Assembly: GCA_051294375.1 (NCBI GenBank)
Contig: CM119267.1
Location: 26,055,293 to 26,119,292, forward strand
Reading direction: 5' to 3'
Source: Paraspadella gotoi
Lineage: Eukaryota > Animalia > Chaetognatha
Length of the DNA stretch: 64,000 bases
How positions within the stretch are numbered: position 1 is the first letter of the stretch; each line of letters begins with the position of its first letter. The notes under the pieces were generated by a model that was given only the letters and a program-made list of their open reading frames with translations, searched no databases and was not told the DNA's origin. Of this stretch, positions 38,301 through 51,563 are shown in pieces. A program made the translations under genes and the position numbers.

Positions 38301-41300
38301 AAAATGTTTGTTTTTATTGATTAATTAACTGATTAATTAATTATTTGATTAATTAATACATCTTGCATTTACATTTAAAATAAAAAAAAAAGAAGCATAA
38401 TCAATTAGTGAAACAGGTTCTTTGTTTTTTCCATTTAAACTCATTTCCACTCATTTCCATCAAAACTTATTTCCAGTTTAATCACACACTTTTCTACCCA
38501 AATACAAAATTTCAAGTCAATCGCCTCATCCACTCATGAGTAATTGGTGTTCAAATAGTGAAATATATTTTTTTGTTTTTTCCATTTAAACTCATTTCCA
38601 CTCGGACGATTCCATCGAAACTTCATATCCAGCTCAATCACACACTTCCCTACCCACACACAAAATTTCATTCCAATCCATCCATCCAATCACGAGTAAT
38701 TGGTGTTTTTTGCTAAGGTGAGATGGACGGACAGACAGACGAACGGACGGACGGACGAATGCCCAACAAGATTGAGGGGGCGGACCAACGGACCGACAAA
38801 GTGAATTATAGAGTCGGGATCTGCTGAAAGCAGATCCGACTAAAAAAGAAAGAGACGTTACCCATGTGATTGCAGACTGCGTGGGCAATGACTGGCGCCG
38901 CGATGTGGCCGGTGCGCAGGAAAAGAAAAACAGAATAGGCGCCGTACACCGAGGTGTAAAGAAACTGAAAGAAGAAAAATAAATCAAGATTCAAAACGAA
39001 AAGCAAATCGTAAAGAAACCAGCCAATAAAAAATCTTAAAAGCAATAGGGATCGAGCCTACTTTTGATGATAACCAAATATTGATGCGATGATAACCAAA
39101 TATTGATGCGATGATAACCGAAGGATTGATGCGATGATAACCAAATGATGGATGCGATGATAGTCATTCATTGATGCGATGATAGTCATTCATTGATGCG
39201 ATGATAATCATTCATTGATGCGATGATAATCACTCATTGATGCGATGATAATCACTCATTGATGCGATGATAGTCCTTCATTGATCGGATGATAATGATA
39301 ATGATGCGATGATAGTCATTCATTGAAGCGATGATAGTCATTCATTGATGCGATGCTTGTCATTCATTGACGTGACGAGTTAATTAGAGAGAGAGAGAGA
39401 GAGAGACTTGATTGAGAGAGAAATATAGAGAGAATAATAAAATAATAAGAAAAGTTTTTAGAAGGAAAAAATAAAAATCCACGAAAATCTCGGAAATAAA
39501 TTTGGGATTTTGTATTAAGAAAAAAGTGGCGTGATAAAAATAAAATTGTTTTATTAGAGTGTGATTACTGATTAAGCATCAATTAACTTTCTATTTTTTT
39601 TTTCAATTGAAATAAGACTGAAGTCTTTTGTTCATCTAGTTCAAAATGAAGTTGAAAACCTTATTTTTTTGCATTTTATTGAAAATGAATGAGATTGATA
39701 TTGATTGATTGTGGTACCCATTTTTTGTGACCAGAATCTGTTCCCACCAAAGTACGTGATCGAATTTTATGAAATTTTACATATACAGTCCTAATGACGA
39801 TACAAATGGAACTATCAACCCCTGACAAGAGATACATTGTCCTGGGGCTGGACCCCTGGGGGGCCAAAAAAGGCTAAAAATTTTTTTTTATATTTTAATA
39901 TTTTTTAGTAGCATCGGGTGCATTGACGTCTTAAACATGTAAAAAAAACATTTTAGAACTAAAATTGATAAATTTTCAATAATTAAGAATTGTTTGAAGA
40001 AGATGCATGGTTCATCGTTTTACTTCCAATTTTCCAAAATTATTCCAAATCTGACTTGAACAGCTGATATTCATGAAGATAAAAATTAAGGTAAACTAAC
40101 ATTTTTGAGGTAATAAATAGGTTTTTGGGAAAGAGTAAATGTCTGTGCAACAAAAATATTTTTAAAATTTGTAAAAAAAATTTTACCATTTTTTACCCCA
40201 ATGGGTGAACCCCGAGAGGGCCCATATCTCAGCTCAGGGGTCAAATATTGAAATTCGCCTCGATAGTTCTATTTATATTCACATAGGGATCGTTCATACT
40301 AACTTTCAATAAATTTGGTCCAGTAGTTTTCTCGGAACGTGTTCTGGTCACAAAAAAGGGGTACTGAAAAGACATTGATATTTGTTATGTGTTAGTGACA
40401 GAACCGTTCAATGTAAGCAGTCCCTGAGCTTCGGATCAGGCTGTAACACCATGTTATAGGCGGGTTAAGCGCCCCGTCCCTCTTAACTGCCAGACGACCA
40501 CCGGGCTAGAACCCCGGACCTTTAGGTTGGGAGGCGAATGACTTGCCTCCGGCACCAATGGCCGCTGATGAACGGTTGGTGGATTTTAGTCCACCATAGT
40601 ACCACTTTTTTTTTTATATTAATACCAAAAACAGTATTAACATAATCTTTTTTTTTTTTTTTTTAAAGGAAGCAACATTATTATTTTTTTATTTAAAAGT
40701 AAAAACTAATTTATTAAAATTTAACAGAAACACAAGACACAAACGTTTAAATAGACTCATGAATAAAATATTATGAACTAATTCATATTTTTTTATAATG
40801 GACTCATAAATCAAATGTTATGGACTAATTCATAAGAAATAATTCATAAATTATAACGTTCAAGAACGTTCAAAAATAAAATTTTTAAACATTTTGACAT
40901 AATTGACATAATTGACATAATCATAAAATGAAGCCTTCTGTAATTAAAAAATAAATAAAAGAAAGGCAAAAATGTTACAATGTTTACAATTGGAAATTTT
41001 TTTCAATTTTTTCCAATCATAGGTTGTTAAAGATTTTATTTTTATTTGTATAGCTTCTCATTAAAAAGGTCTTTTTATTTCCCATTTTTATTATAGATTT
41101 AAAAAAAAATTTATGAATTTCATCTTCAATATTATATACTGCAATATGTAAATTAGATTAAAGCATTTCTGTATACTAATTTGGATATTATAATGAGTAC
41201 TTTAATCTCATTTGCATATTGCAGTAAATCATAATGAAGTGGAAATTCAAACAAAAAATACTTAAATCCAAATGTAATAAAAAAATATCAAGGCTATTTC

Positions 41301-44300
41301 AAGATAAGAAGCCATATCTAAATTTTTAACTTACTATGGCCAGTGATTTTGATTTGGGTATTTTCAACAATGAAATTGAACTTAAATAACTATTTTTTCT
41401 TTTTTCCCACTGATAAATATGAAACACTCTTTCTTTAAAAAAACGGTTGGCTATAGTTTTCTTCTCCTTATAATATAGAACTCACTGGGTGAATTCTATG
41501 CTTTCAAAATACGGTAAGACATGATTTCTTTTCCGACAATCATTCTAATTACGGTATCTGACATAACTAAGATGAAACTAAAACGATTTTTTATGGTAAG
41601 GGGAACTTTTAAAGATTAAATTGCTCGTCAGATCTATCGCGTTTTTTAGATATACTACTGCTAAGGCAAAACAATGGCACAGTATATTTTAAAACTGTTT
41701 TCCTTTTTTTATCCACATTTTTTTCTCTCTTGAACCTTCTCTCTGTCTCTTTCTTTTCTCTCTTTCTCTCTGTCTTTCTCTCCCTTTCTCATACTTTTCT
41801 GTCCTCATATTTCTCTGTGTCATCCCTTCTTTTCTTCCTTAACCTTTATTTCCCTTCCTCTCAATCTCTGTTTTCTTCCTCTCTGATTCTCTTTCCTCCC
41901 TGTTTCTTATCTTTTCTTTTCTCTCAATGTTCTCGTTTCCCCCCTCTCCCCATATATTAATTTCTTTCCACTCTTTCTTCCTCTCCCTTCATTTTTTTCA
42001 CCCATTCTCTCTCTTCTCTCATCTTTTTCTCATTCTCACAATGTAAGAAAAAAAATCTAGGGTAGTGTATGATTTTAGCGGAAGTTTGGTTGCCAAGCAG
42101 ATTTAAAAAATCGACAGATTTTTGCGGAAATTTTTTCCGCAAAAACCTGTCGATTGAGAGAAATTAATCTGCTGACGCTTCCCCTTTCAATAAAAGAAGG
42201 CGGTTTTTTTTAATTGGTCAACTTTAGTATGTTTCTCAGCTATTAAAACTATAAAATAAGTCAAAAACCGAGTTTTAGTTCAAATAAAACGCATCCTCAC
42301 AAATTAAAAGTAGGCTTTAAAATTTTTTTTCAGCTAAAGTATTAAATATTTTGCCCTAATTTTTTAGATACCAGAAGCACGGACAATGGGGAATTATTGA
42401 TTAGAATTGTGGACATTTTGAAGTATTTTCGTTTAACAAATTGTAATAAAATGTAAAAATGTAAGTTTTTGACTAGTCAATTTAAAAAATAATTCATAGG
42501 CAAACAATAGATGATTAACATCAAATGAACCAACTCAGAGGTCAAGAAGATAAGAAGGACCCGAAAGCCAGAGTAAAAAAATTTTCTTCAATGATCTTGG
42601 CATTCAAATCTCAAGACAAAAGTCAAAATGGACAAAAATGGACATAATTTTTTTTATTAAAAGTAGCAAAAATGTCATTGATTCTTAATTAGAAAATGCA
42701 GCAGAGGATTTCAATTAATCCGTAGTCTAGCCAACTTTGTCTTAGAGTTAAAATTTAATCATTTTTGTTGGTAATATTCTAACAATATTGAAAAAAGTGG
42801 TTTTTTTTGCTAAATTCCTAGATAGAAATCACTGCTATGCATCGCACATTTTTGTAAAACTTTATCATAATTCATTTTTATTTAAAAAAAAACGGTAAGT
42901 CACAGCCAAACCTATAAAAGCGTATTAGTTTTTATATGAAAACAGCGTGACGCCGACGACGTCACAAAGAAGCCTGGCCTTAACATTATAGAGCCAGGAC
43001 CAGGCGAAGCCTGTCCTGGCTCGATAAAAAGGAAGTAAAAATTAAATAAAAAGACCTGAAAACAAGAAGCGGGGAGGATTTGCGAAAGAGGAAGACCCGT
43101 CGTTGTCCTCTTTTCATAGATGTGATGAAAATGCGCGAGGCCGAAGAAAAGAGGAGCGACGACGAGAGTCAGCCCTTTATTTCATCATGAAAATTGAAAA
43201 ACTACTTGTTTCACTATCTATAGCTTTTTAGATAATATATTTTTAGTTAATATTTAAATTTTTTAAAAAATTTTTAGTCGGATCTGCTTATCAGCAGATC
43301 CCGACTCTATAATTCACTTTGTCGGTCCGTCGGTCCGCCCCCTCAATATTGTCGGGCACACACTTATATCATGTCAGAACATCGAATTATGATAAATTAT
43401 GCAAAAAAAAAAATGATGTCCGTCCGTCCGTCCCACCTTAGCAAAAAACACCAATTACTCGTGATTGGATGGATGGATTTGAATGAAATTTTGTGTGTGG
43501 GTAGGGAAGTGTGTGATTGAGCTGGATATAAAGTTTCGATGGAATCGTCCGAGTGGAAATGAGTTTAAATGGAAAAAACAAAAAAATATAATTCACTATT
43601 TGAACACCAACTGCTCTATGAGTGGATGGGGCGATTGACCTGAAATTTTGTATGTGAGTAGGAAAGTGTGTGATTGAACAGGAAACCGAGTTTTGATGGA
43701 ATCGTTTGAGTGGAAATGAGTTTAAATGGAAAAAAACAAAAAACCTGTTTCACTAATTGATTATGCTTCTTTTTCCTTTTATATTAAATGTATATGCAGG
43801 ATGTATTAATAAATCAAATAATCAGTTAATCAATTAGTCAATTAATTAATCACTAATTAATCAGTCAATCCGTCCATCCGTCCCACCTTAGCAAAAAGCC
43901 CGAATAACTCGTGATTGGCTGGTTGGATCGGAATGAAATTTTGTGTATGGGTAGGAACATGTGTGATGAAGCTGGATATAAATTTTTGTTGAAATCGTGT
44001 GAGTGGATATGAGTTTAAATTGAAAAAACATAAGTCGCATTTACTAAAATCTTTTTACTTATTTTAACCAATAAATATTCTAATTAATCATAATTGGATG
44101 GATAGATTGAGTTCAAATTTTGTGTGGGTAGGAAAATGTGTGACGAAGCTTGATATAAAGTTTTGACGGAATTGTGCCAGTGGAAATGAGTTTAAATGGA
44201 AAAAATATAAGTCACATTTACTTTATTTTAAGGACATCGATGATGATAAGCTGTATATAAATTTATAATTAATTATTAAATATTAAAATTAATTAATCAA

Positions 44301-46347
44301 TTAATTAATTAATTTTCGTAGGCAGATCCGACATTGTTTGCTCAAACTTGTTAATGATTTTTCATGTTAAATCTAATATTATTTATCTATATTTGGAATG
44401 GGGACGTTAGTGTTGTCTTCAAGAAATCGAGGGAGAAACTACACAACACAAGTTTTCTTATAGATATCGATTTAATTCAAAGTCTTTAAAACATACTTAA
44501 ATTACTAAATAAAACCTGTATAATCAAAACACAGAACTAAATTTTCGTTCTTCTTTCCGCTTCTTCTTTCATTCGTCAATTTGACTAATTTCCTTATTAA
44601 TGATTCTGTACGCGTTTCAGGAAAAAGACTGTAAATAAATTGCTTTATTTATATAAACTTCAGTTGGTAGTGCGGGGTAATTCGGAACAGGGGTAATTGA
44701 ACACTGACATATAAAATGAAATAAAAAAATTGTTTATAGATATTTTATAATTTTTTTGGTTATTTAATATTTAACTTGACTTTCCATTACAGCAGTTACA
44801 GCATCCGGCTGCTGCTGCAGCAGCTGCAGCAACAATTTCAAAGCTGCTCGTTTTTGAGTAGTCGTTTTCAAGCCTCTCTCACAGTCATATTTGACGTAAT
44901 ATGACTATGGAATATTAATATCTGATTGACGAGACTACTAATTTTTAGTTATTGTATAGATTATTTCGAAAAAATAATTCTATTATTTTTTACATAGCTA
45001 CAATTAAATTGAGGTAAAACGGAACACCTGTAAGTATTCTGTGTTATCTAATATGCTTTTTATAAAGTTTTAGAGATAATTTACTCAGTAATAATAAGAG
45101 TTTGCAACATTTGTTATATAATTAGGTGGAAAAAATTATTATACTATTAATAATACAGTAAAAAAATCTATTTTTAGCAATAAAAAAGTAACAAAAGTTT
45201 GTAATGGAATTTAACGCCTAAATATGGTTAAAAAATTAGTAAAAAAAAAAATTAAAATGACATAATATAAAAATAATATGAATAAAAATATTTTGAAAAG
45301 GAAATAAAAACTAAGCTAAATTTCTAAAGCTAAATATAAATGATAAATAACAAGTTTGAACAAACAATGTCGGATCTGCCTACGATAATTAATTAATTAA
45401 TAGATTAATTAATTAATTAATTAATAATTAATTAATAATAATTAATTTAATTAATTAATAGTATTAATTATAATATATATTCAGCTTGTCATCATCGATG
45501 TCCTTAAAATTGAGTCAGGACAGTTATTAAATGTTTTGTTTACATTTTATCAAAACAAACAAATATCCTCTATTATCGAGCCAGGCGGGCAAAGCCCGTC
45601 CTGTCTAGATTTTGATCTGTTTAGCTTTCGGTCTCGCTTTTTTGCAATCATGGCTTCTGAAAATGTGATATCATAGGGAGTTGAATTTTCATATATGGCT
45701 TCTAATCATCAAGATCTTTAAAATTCTCATGTTTCATATCAATATTCGTATTTGTTTATGTTTTATTTACAAAACAAACGTTTTAATTATATGTCGCTCT
45801 CTCTCTCTCTCTTTTTTCTCCGTCACTGCTTCTTCTGATTTGTCTAAAAACGAGTTCCGGCTCTGCAGCGTCTGTCCAGCTTCTCTCTTTTCTCTCTCTT
45901 CTTTTTTTTTTACAAAAAATTTTTAGATATAATGTGGGTTCACTAATGTAAAAAACGATGCCGCGAACCGTGCGCGAACCCGGGTCCTTTGGGTAGAGAA
46001 TAGCTCACGCTACGTGCGGCGCCATAAGTACTGCTGATTCTTTAACGAGTAAAGGGGCTGTAGAGCTCTTCTTCTCTCTCTCTTTTAATTATTATATATC
46101 GCTCTTTCTCTTTCTCTTTTTCTCTGCAGCGGCTGTCTCTCTCTCTTTCTCTTTTCTCTCTCTTCTCTCTGTCTCTCTGTGTGTGTCTGTCCTATCTGTC
46201 CGATCTTTGCGTGATCGTTTGTTTTTTGAAAATTCTGATTATTTTTTTCCTTCTAAAAACTTTTATTATTGCCATTTATTCCGCGCTTTTTTTCAATACA
46301 AAATCCCATATTTTCATCCGAGATTTTCGTGGATTTATTCTCTTCTT

Positions 46348-46386
<39 letters not shown>

Positions 46387-48170
46387 TTTCTCTCTCTCTT
46401 TCTCTCTCTCTCTCTTTCACTCATACACGCATTTGTTTGTTTTATTGACTATCATGCATCAATGAATGACAATCATCGCATCAATGAATGACGATCATCG
46501 CATCACTGAATGACTATCATCACAGCAGTGAATGACTATCATCGCATCAATAATTGATTATCATCGAATCAATAATCAATTCCTATTACATCAATAAATT
46601 ACTATTACATCAATCAATTAGTATTACCTCAATCAATTACTATTACATCAATAATTCGTTATCGCATGATTCATTCGTTTTTTCCCGGTTTTTTCATTAA
46701 TTTTCTATGATAGTGGGCTCTGGCTCGATCTTGAGTCTTTTAAGATTTTTTTATTTTATGTCTCCTTCTCTTCTCTCTCTCTCTCACTTCTCTCTTTCTC
46801 TCTCACTCTTCTTCTTCTCTCTCTCTTTCTCTCTCTTTTTATGCAATAGCGACGATCCTTATGCTTTTAAGATTTTTTTAACTTGCATCATTTTTTCAAC
46901 TTGCATAATTTTTTCAACTTGCATTCCGTCAAAACTTTATATCTAGCTTCTTCACTCACTTTCCTACCGGCTCACAAAATTTCATCTCAATCTATCATGG
47001 GTTAAAATAAATAAAAAGATTCAAGTAAATGTGACTCATATTTTTTTCATTTAAACTCATTTCCACTGGTACGTTTCCACTGAAACTTTATATCAAGCTT
47101 CGTCATACGTTTTCCTACCCACACACAAAATTTGAACTCAATCTATCCATCCAATTATGATTAATTGGAATATTTATTGGTTAAAATAAGTAAAAAGATT
47201 TTAGTAAATTCGACTTATGTTTTTTCCATTTAAACTAATTTCCACTCACACGATTCCATCAAAACTTCATATCCAGCTCAAATCACACACTTACCTATCC
47301 TCACACAAAATTCATTTAAATCCATCCATCCAATCACGATAATTTGGTGTTTTTTGCTAAGGTGGGACGGACGGACGGACGGACATCATTTTTTTTGCAT
47401 AATTTATCATAATTCGATGTTCTGACATGATATAAGTGTGTGCGCCGACAATATTGAGGGGGCGGACCGACGGACCGAAAAGTGAGTTATAGAGTCGGAT
47501 CTGCTGATAAGCAGATCCGACTAAAAAGAATAAGAAAAAATAACATTGGAATTAAAAAAGGGACAAAAACCAATATTAATTGAAAGGAAGATAGGGACAA
47601 AATGCAAGAATGGAAGGAAATAAAAAACTCAGTCAAAAATACTATAAATAAAAAAATATATATAAATTTGGTATCTATTGTCATTCAATAATTTTGCAAA
47701 ACTGAGAACATGGTATTAAAAATATAAGATTTTCAATTTTTTATACATTAAACATTAATTCAGTTATTATTTTTTGTAATATTATAAAAAATTATGCATA
47801 ATTTATCAAGTGGTCCGTTTTACCCCAGGGTGGGGTAAAACAGAACACTTCTATTTTTTTTTTAAATCCTGTAACGGGGACAGAAAATTTTTTTTTTTAA
47901 AATAAATTTACTATGCGAAAAATTTGATTACTTCCAAAAGTGTTCCGAATTACCCCGCACTACCCTATGAAAAGAGCATTCTAACTAAGATATCCAAAAG
48001 GTGTAAGCGATGAACTTACCCGGTCCAATCCAAGGCACCAGCAGCGGAACCATGCAGCTTCTGAATACAAACTCCTCGGCGAAGGGGGCCACAACGTGGT
48101 TCCGCATCCAGATCGGACTTCGCGCGCATTCCAGCCAGAATCTCGGCTCGGAATAGAGAGAGTTCATGCC
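15604..48170 (-). CDS. RCE1: RCE1 CAAX prenyl protease 2, last four exons (48170-48020, 43174-43056, 38964-38862, 15758-15604)
   Basis: Spliced translation has [63 protein letters not shown]: the EExxFR, FxxxH and HxxxN motifs of the CPBP/Abi family. Phases are compatible and it ends in a stop codon. Confidence 0.9.
15995..16097. repeat. 18-bp tandem repeat GTTGACCAAATTATGTCA
   Basis: Visible tandem units; the same minisatellite occurs at ~24553-24758 and ~51564-51948 near HINE ends. Confidence 0.85.
18229..21420 (-). mobile_element. degraded Ty3/Gypsy LTR retrotransposon pol (RT connection/RNase H, integrase)
   Basis: Frameshifted ORFs: [16 protein letters not shown]...PLAFFS...DRELFA; YTDHKSL...[15 protein letters not shown]; [22 protein letters not shown]...HLHVDIV...[11 protein letters not shown]; [10 protein letters not shown]...[10 protein letters not shown]. 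Confidence 0.9.
18956..19778. mobile_element. non-autonomous TIR DNA transposon with TTAA TSD (Kolobok-like), inserted in the Gypsy integrase
   Basis: TTAA at 18952-18955 and 19779-19782; imperfect 16-bp TIRs GAGGAAAGGTCATTCA / TGAATGACCCTTTTTC. Removing it restores [13 protein letters not shown]. Confidence 0.7.
23658..23843 (-). mobile_element. family A element, truncated
   Basis: Close match to 7499-7688 including the CCGACTACA end. Confidence 0.75.
23876..24806 (+). mobile_element. HINE-like element carrying the 18-bp minisatellite
   Basis: 5' hairpin agtcggatctgc..agatcccgact, GTCC repeats, 3' cgtaggcagatccgaca. Confidence 0.7.
26805..27494 (-). mobile_element. HINE-like element (duplicate at ~38156-38847)
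   Basis: Both family termini plus GGAC microsatellite; abuts the RCE1 donor site. Confidence 0.7.
27712..28020. repeat. 22-bp tandem repeat TCATTCATTGATGCGATGATAG
   Basis: Visible units; duplicate at ~39065-39372 and a reverse-oriented version at ~46445-46660. Confidence 0.85.
29007..29239 (-). mobile_element. family B element
   Basis: Full length, TSD GTAC (29003-29006 / 29240-29243). Confidence 0.8.
40365..40598 (-). mobile_element. family B element (duplicated copy of 29007-29239)
   Basis: Same sequence and GTAC TSD. Confidence 0.8.
43273..44353 (+). mobile_element. full-length HINE/DINE-1-like element (clearest copy of the family)
   Basis: T-run + AGTCGGATCTGCTTATCAGCAGATCCCGACT hairpin, (GTCC)n, internal subrepeats, 3' subterminal IR GCAGATCCGACA and terminal palindrome GTTTGCTCAAAC ending in TT; no TSD. 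Confidence 0.75.
45349..47527 (-). mobile_element. long composite HINE-like element
   Basis: Family termini at both ends, enclosing CT tracts and minisatellites. Confidence 0.6.
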
Positions 48171-51100
48171 CTTGGAGGTCAATGCACAATAGCGCGAAGC
48201 ATAAATACAAGATATGACCTCTTGTGTCCCCTTAATTTTTTGTATTTGATATGTTACTAAGCCCCAGAAAAAAAAAATGAAAATTCGCTCGCTCAATTTT
48301 CCCGTTCTATCGATTTTATAAAGCAATTTGATGCAAAAATTTTTTTAAAAAATAGCAAAATTTGATATCAAAAAGCTGGTTATTGGTTAACTTTTTTTAG
48401 TGAAATATAGCAAAAACAAAGAATTTAAACCCGTTTTCATCCATAAAAATTTTAAAAAAACTGTTTATATAAATATTGAGCAAAGTGGAAAATAAGTACC
48501 AAGCCACTTAATGCAGTCAATATCCTTTTTGTAGCTACATTAAACTTTATACAGCTTATAATAAGCTTTACCAAAAAAAATATTAATTGACTTACCATAG
48601 GCCTTACCCATTATCACTTTCCCTCCTCCCTTCCGTAGATCGCTCTGGTCGATCTGTCTTCTTTTTTTTATCAAAATGAAAACAAGTTTGAGCAAACAAT
48701 GTCGGATCTGCCTACGATAATTAATTAATTAATTAATCGATTAATTAATTAATTAATTAATTTTAATATGTAATAATTAATTTTAAATTTATATTCAACT
48801 TATCATCATCGATATCCTTAAAATTGGGTTAGGACAGTTATTAAATATGTTTTATTTACATTTTATCAAAACAAACAAATATCCTCTATTTTATTTCTCT
48901 CACTCACTCTCACTCTCTCTCTCTCTTTTTATGCAATTGCGACGATCTTTATGCTTTTAAGATTTTTTTAACTTGCATCATTTTTTCACATTAATTAATT
49001 AATTAATTAAAACATTTATTAGTAATCATTAATATTAAAGATTCAAGTAAATGTGACTTGTTTTTTCCATCTAAACTCATTTCCACTGGCACAATTCCGT
49101 CAAAACTTTATATAATTATTATATATTAATAAATATTTAAAAGCTTCAGTGCAACAACCCAATGAACTAATTCAAAAAGTTACATTGAAAATCGATTTAG
49201 TAGTAAAAGGAAAAAAAAATTTTTAAAAGTTATAAAAAGTGTTCAATTTTGGCCCGCCTTACTAGATATTAGGCCGGAACAGGTTAAAAACTAGAAGTTC
49301 TCTCAAATAAATAATGGTTAAGCGACTATTAAATAATATGAAAATGAAAATAATTTTTAAAATTTTGCTTATCAATTTTTTTATTAATGAAAAATTTAAG
49401 AAAATAAAATTCAGCTAATAATGATGATGATGATGATTTTTTAAGGTTTTTTCTATTTTTAACCAATTTATTGTCAAAATTTGAAAAAATAATACTAACT
49501 TTCATTTAATTTTTTAAGCTCTACAAGAACCCGTTCTTAAAAAAATCACATTTTTAAAATTTTTTTTGTCATTTGTTATATATTAATAAATATTTAAAAG
49601 CTTCAGTGCAACAACCCAATGAACTAATTCAAAAAGTTACATTAAAAATCGATTTAGTAGTAGAAGGAAAAAAGAAATTTTTTTGAGAGAACTAGAAGTT
49701 ATAAAAAGTGTTCAATTTTGGCCCGCCTTACTAGATATATTGCATGTGATTAAACAATGTTATCGGAATAATAATTTTATGTATTTTGTAAGTATTTTAA
49801 GTATTTTTATTCAGTGAGTAAAATAACTTTTTTATGCGCTAATTTTTATCTCGGACTCTCTCTCTCTCTCTCTCTTTGCAATTGCAACGATCTTATGCTC
49901 ATTTTTCTGCTCTCTTTCTCTCTCTCTCTCATAAATAATAAAGATTCAAGTAAATGTGACTTATGTTTTTTCCATTTAAACTCATTTCCACTCACAATTC
50001 CGTCAAAACTTTATATCTAGCTTCTTCACACACTTTCCTACCCACACACAAAATTTCATTCCAATCCAACAAGCCAATCACGAGTTATTGGAGCTTTTTG
50101 CTAAGTGGCACGGATGGACGGATTGATTGACTGATTAATTAATTATTGATTAATTTATTACTAATTGATTAATAACTGATTAATTATTTGATTTATTAAT
50201 ACATCCTGCATATACATTTAATATAAAAGAAAAAGAATCATAATCAATTAGTGAAACAGGTTTTTTGTTTTTTTCCATTTAAAACTCATTTCCACTCACG
50301 ATTCCATCGAAACTTGGTTCCATGTCAATCACACACTTCCTACCCACATACAAAATTCCAGGTCAATCAGCCCCATCCACTCATGAGCAATTGTGTTCAA
50401 TAAGTGAATATATTTTTTTTGTTTTTTCCATTTAAACTCATTTCCACTCGGACGATTCCATCGAACTTCATATCCAGCTCAATCACATGCTTACCTATCC
50501 TCACGAGAATTAGGAACGGGGTAGGACTGCCTGAGTCCTAACAAAATTTCATTTTAAAATCCANNNNNNNNNNNNNNNNNNNNNNNNNNNNNNNNNNNNN
50601 NNNNNNNNNNNNNNNNNNNNNNNNNNNNNNNNNNNNNNNNNNNNNNNNNNNNNNNNNNNNNNNGAATTGGAATGGTAAAAGTATAAAAAGTAAGAAGCTT
50701 GGAGAAAAAGTAAGTTAAGAATGAGCGATCAAAAAGGAAAACAAGAAATAGATTGATAGAAAGTAAAATAAATAGGGATATTGAGTAAGAAAAAGAAAGT
50801 CATTGTTGTTATTATGTTATACTTATTATTGTTATTATTATTATTATATATTTTTACTTTTTAAAATAAATAATTAAAATTATTTTTTATTTTTTATTTA
50901 AATTAATTTTTACCAGAATAATTCACTTTTTGTCCGTCGGTCCGCCCCCTCAATATTGTCGGGCACACACTTATATCATGTCAGAACATCGAATTATAAT
51001 AAATTATGCAAAAAAAAATTATGTCCGTCCGTCTGTCCGTCCCACCTTAGCAAAAAAACTCCAATTACTCGTGATTGGATGGATGGATTGGTATGAAATT

Positions 51101-51563
51101 TTGTGTGTGGGTAGGAAACTGTGTGATTGAGATGGATATGAAGTTTCGAGGGAATCGTGCAAGTGGAAATTGGTTTAAATGGAAAAAACAAAAAAATATA
51201 TTTTACTATTTGAACGCCAATTGCTCATGAGTGGATAGGGCAATTGACTTGAAATTTTGTATGATGGTAGGAAAGTGTGTGATTGAGCTGTATATAAAGT
51301 TTCGATGGAATCGTGCGAGTGGAAATGAGTTAAAATGGAAAAAACAAAAGTCATATTTACTTGAAGTATTTTTACTTAAATTTACTCATAATTATTATGT
51401 TTATTAAAAATTGAATTTTGTGTGTGGGTAGGAAAGTATGTGATAAAGCTGGATATAAATTTTTTGATGGAATCTAGGAGTGGAAAAGAGTTCAAATTAG
51501 AAAAGCAAAAGACACATTTGAATTTTTTAAAGTTTCTCTCTCTCTATCTCTCATTGATTGATT

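Larger units (their letters stand above)
25289..47815. repeat. ~11.3 kb direct tandem duplication (25289-~36632 vs ~36633-47815)
   Basis: Colinear near-identity at an offset of ~11.35 kb; the first copy gains many indels from ~32 kb on. Confidence 0.9.
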
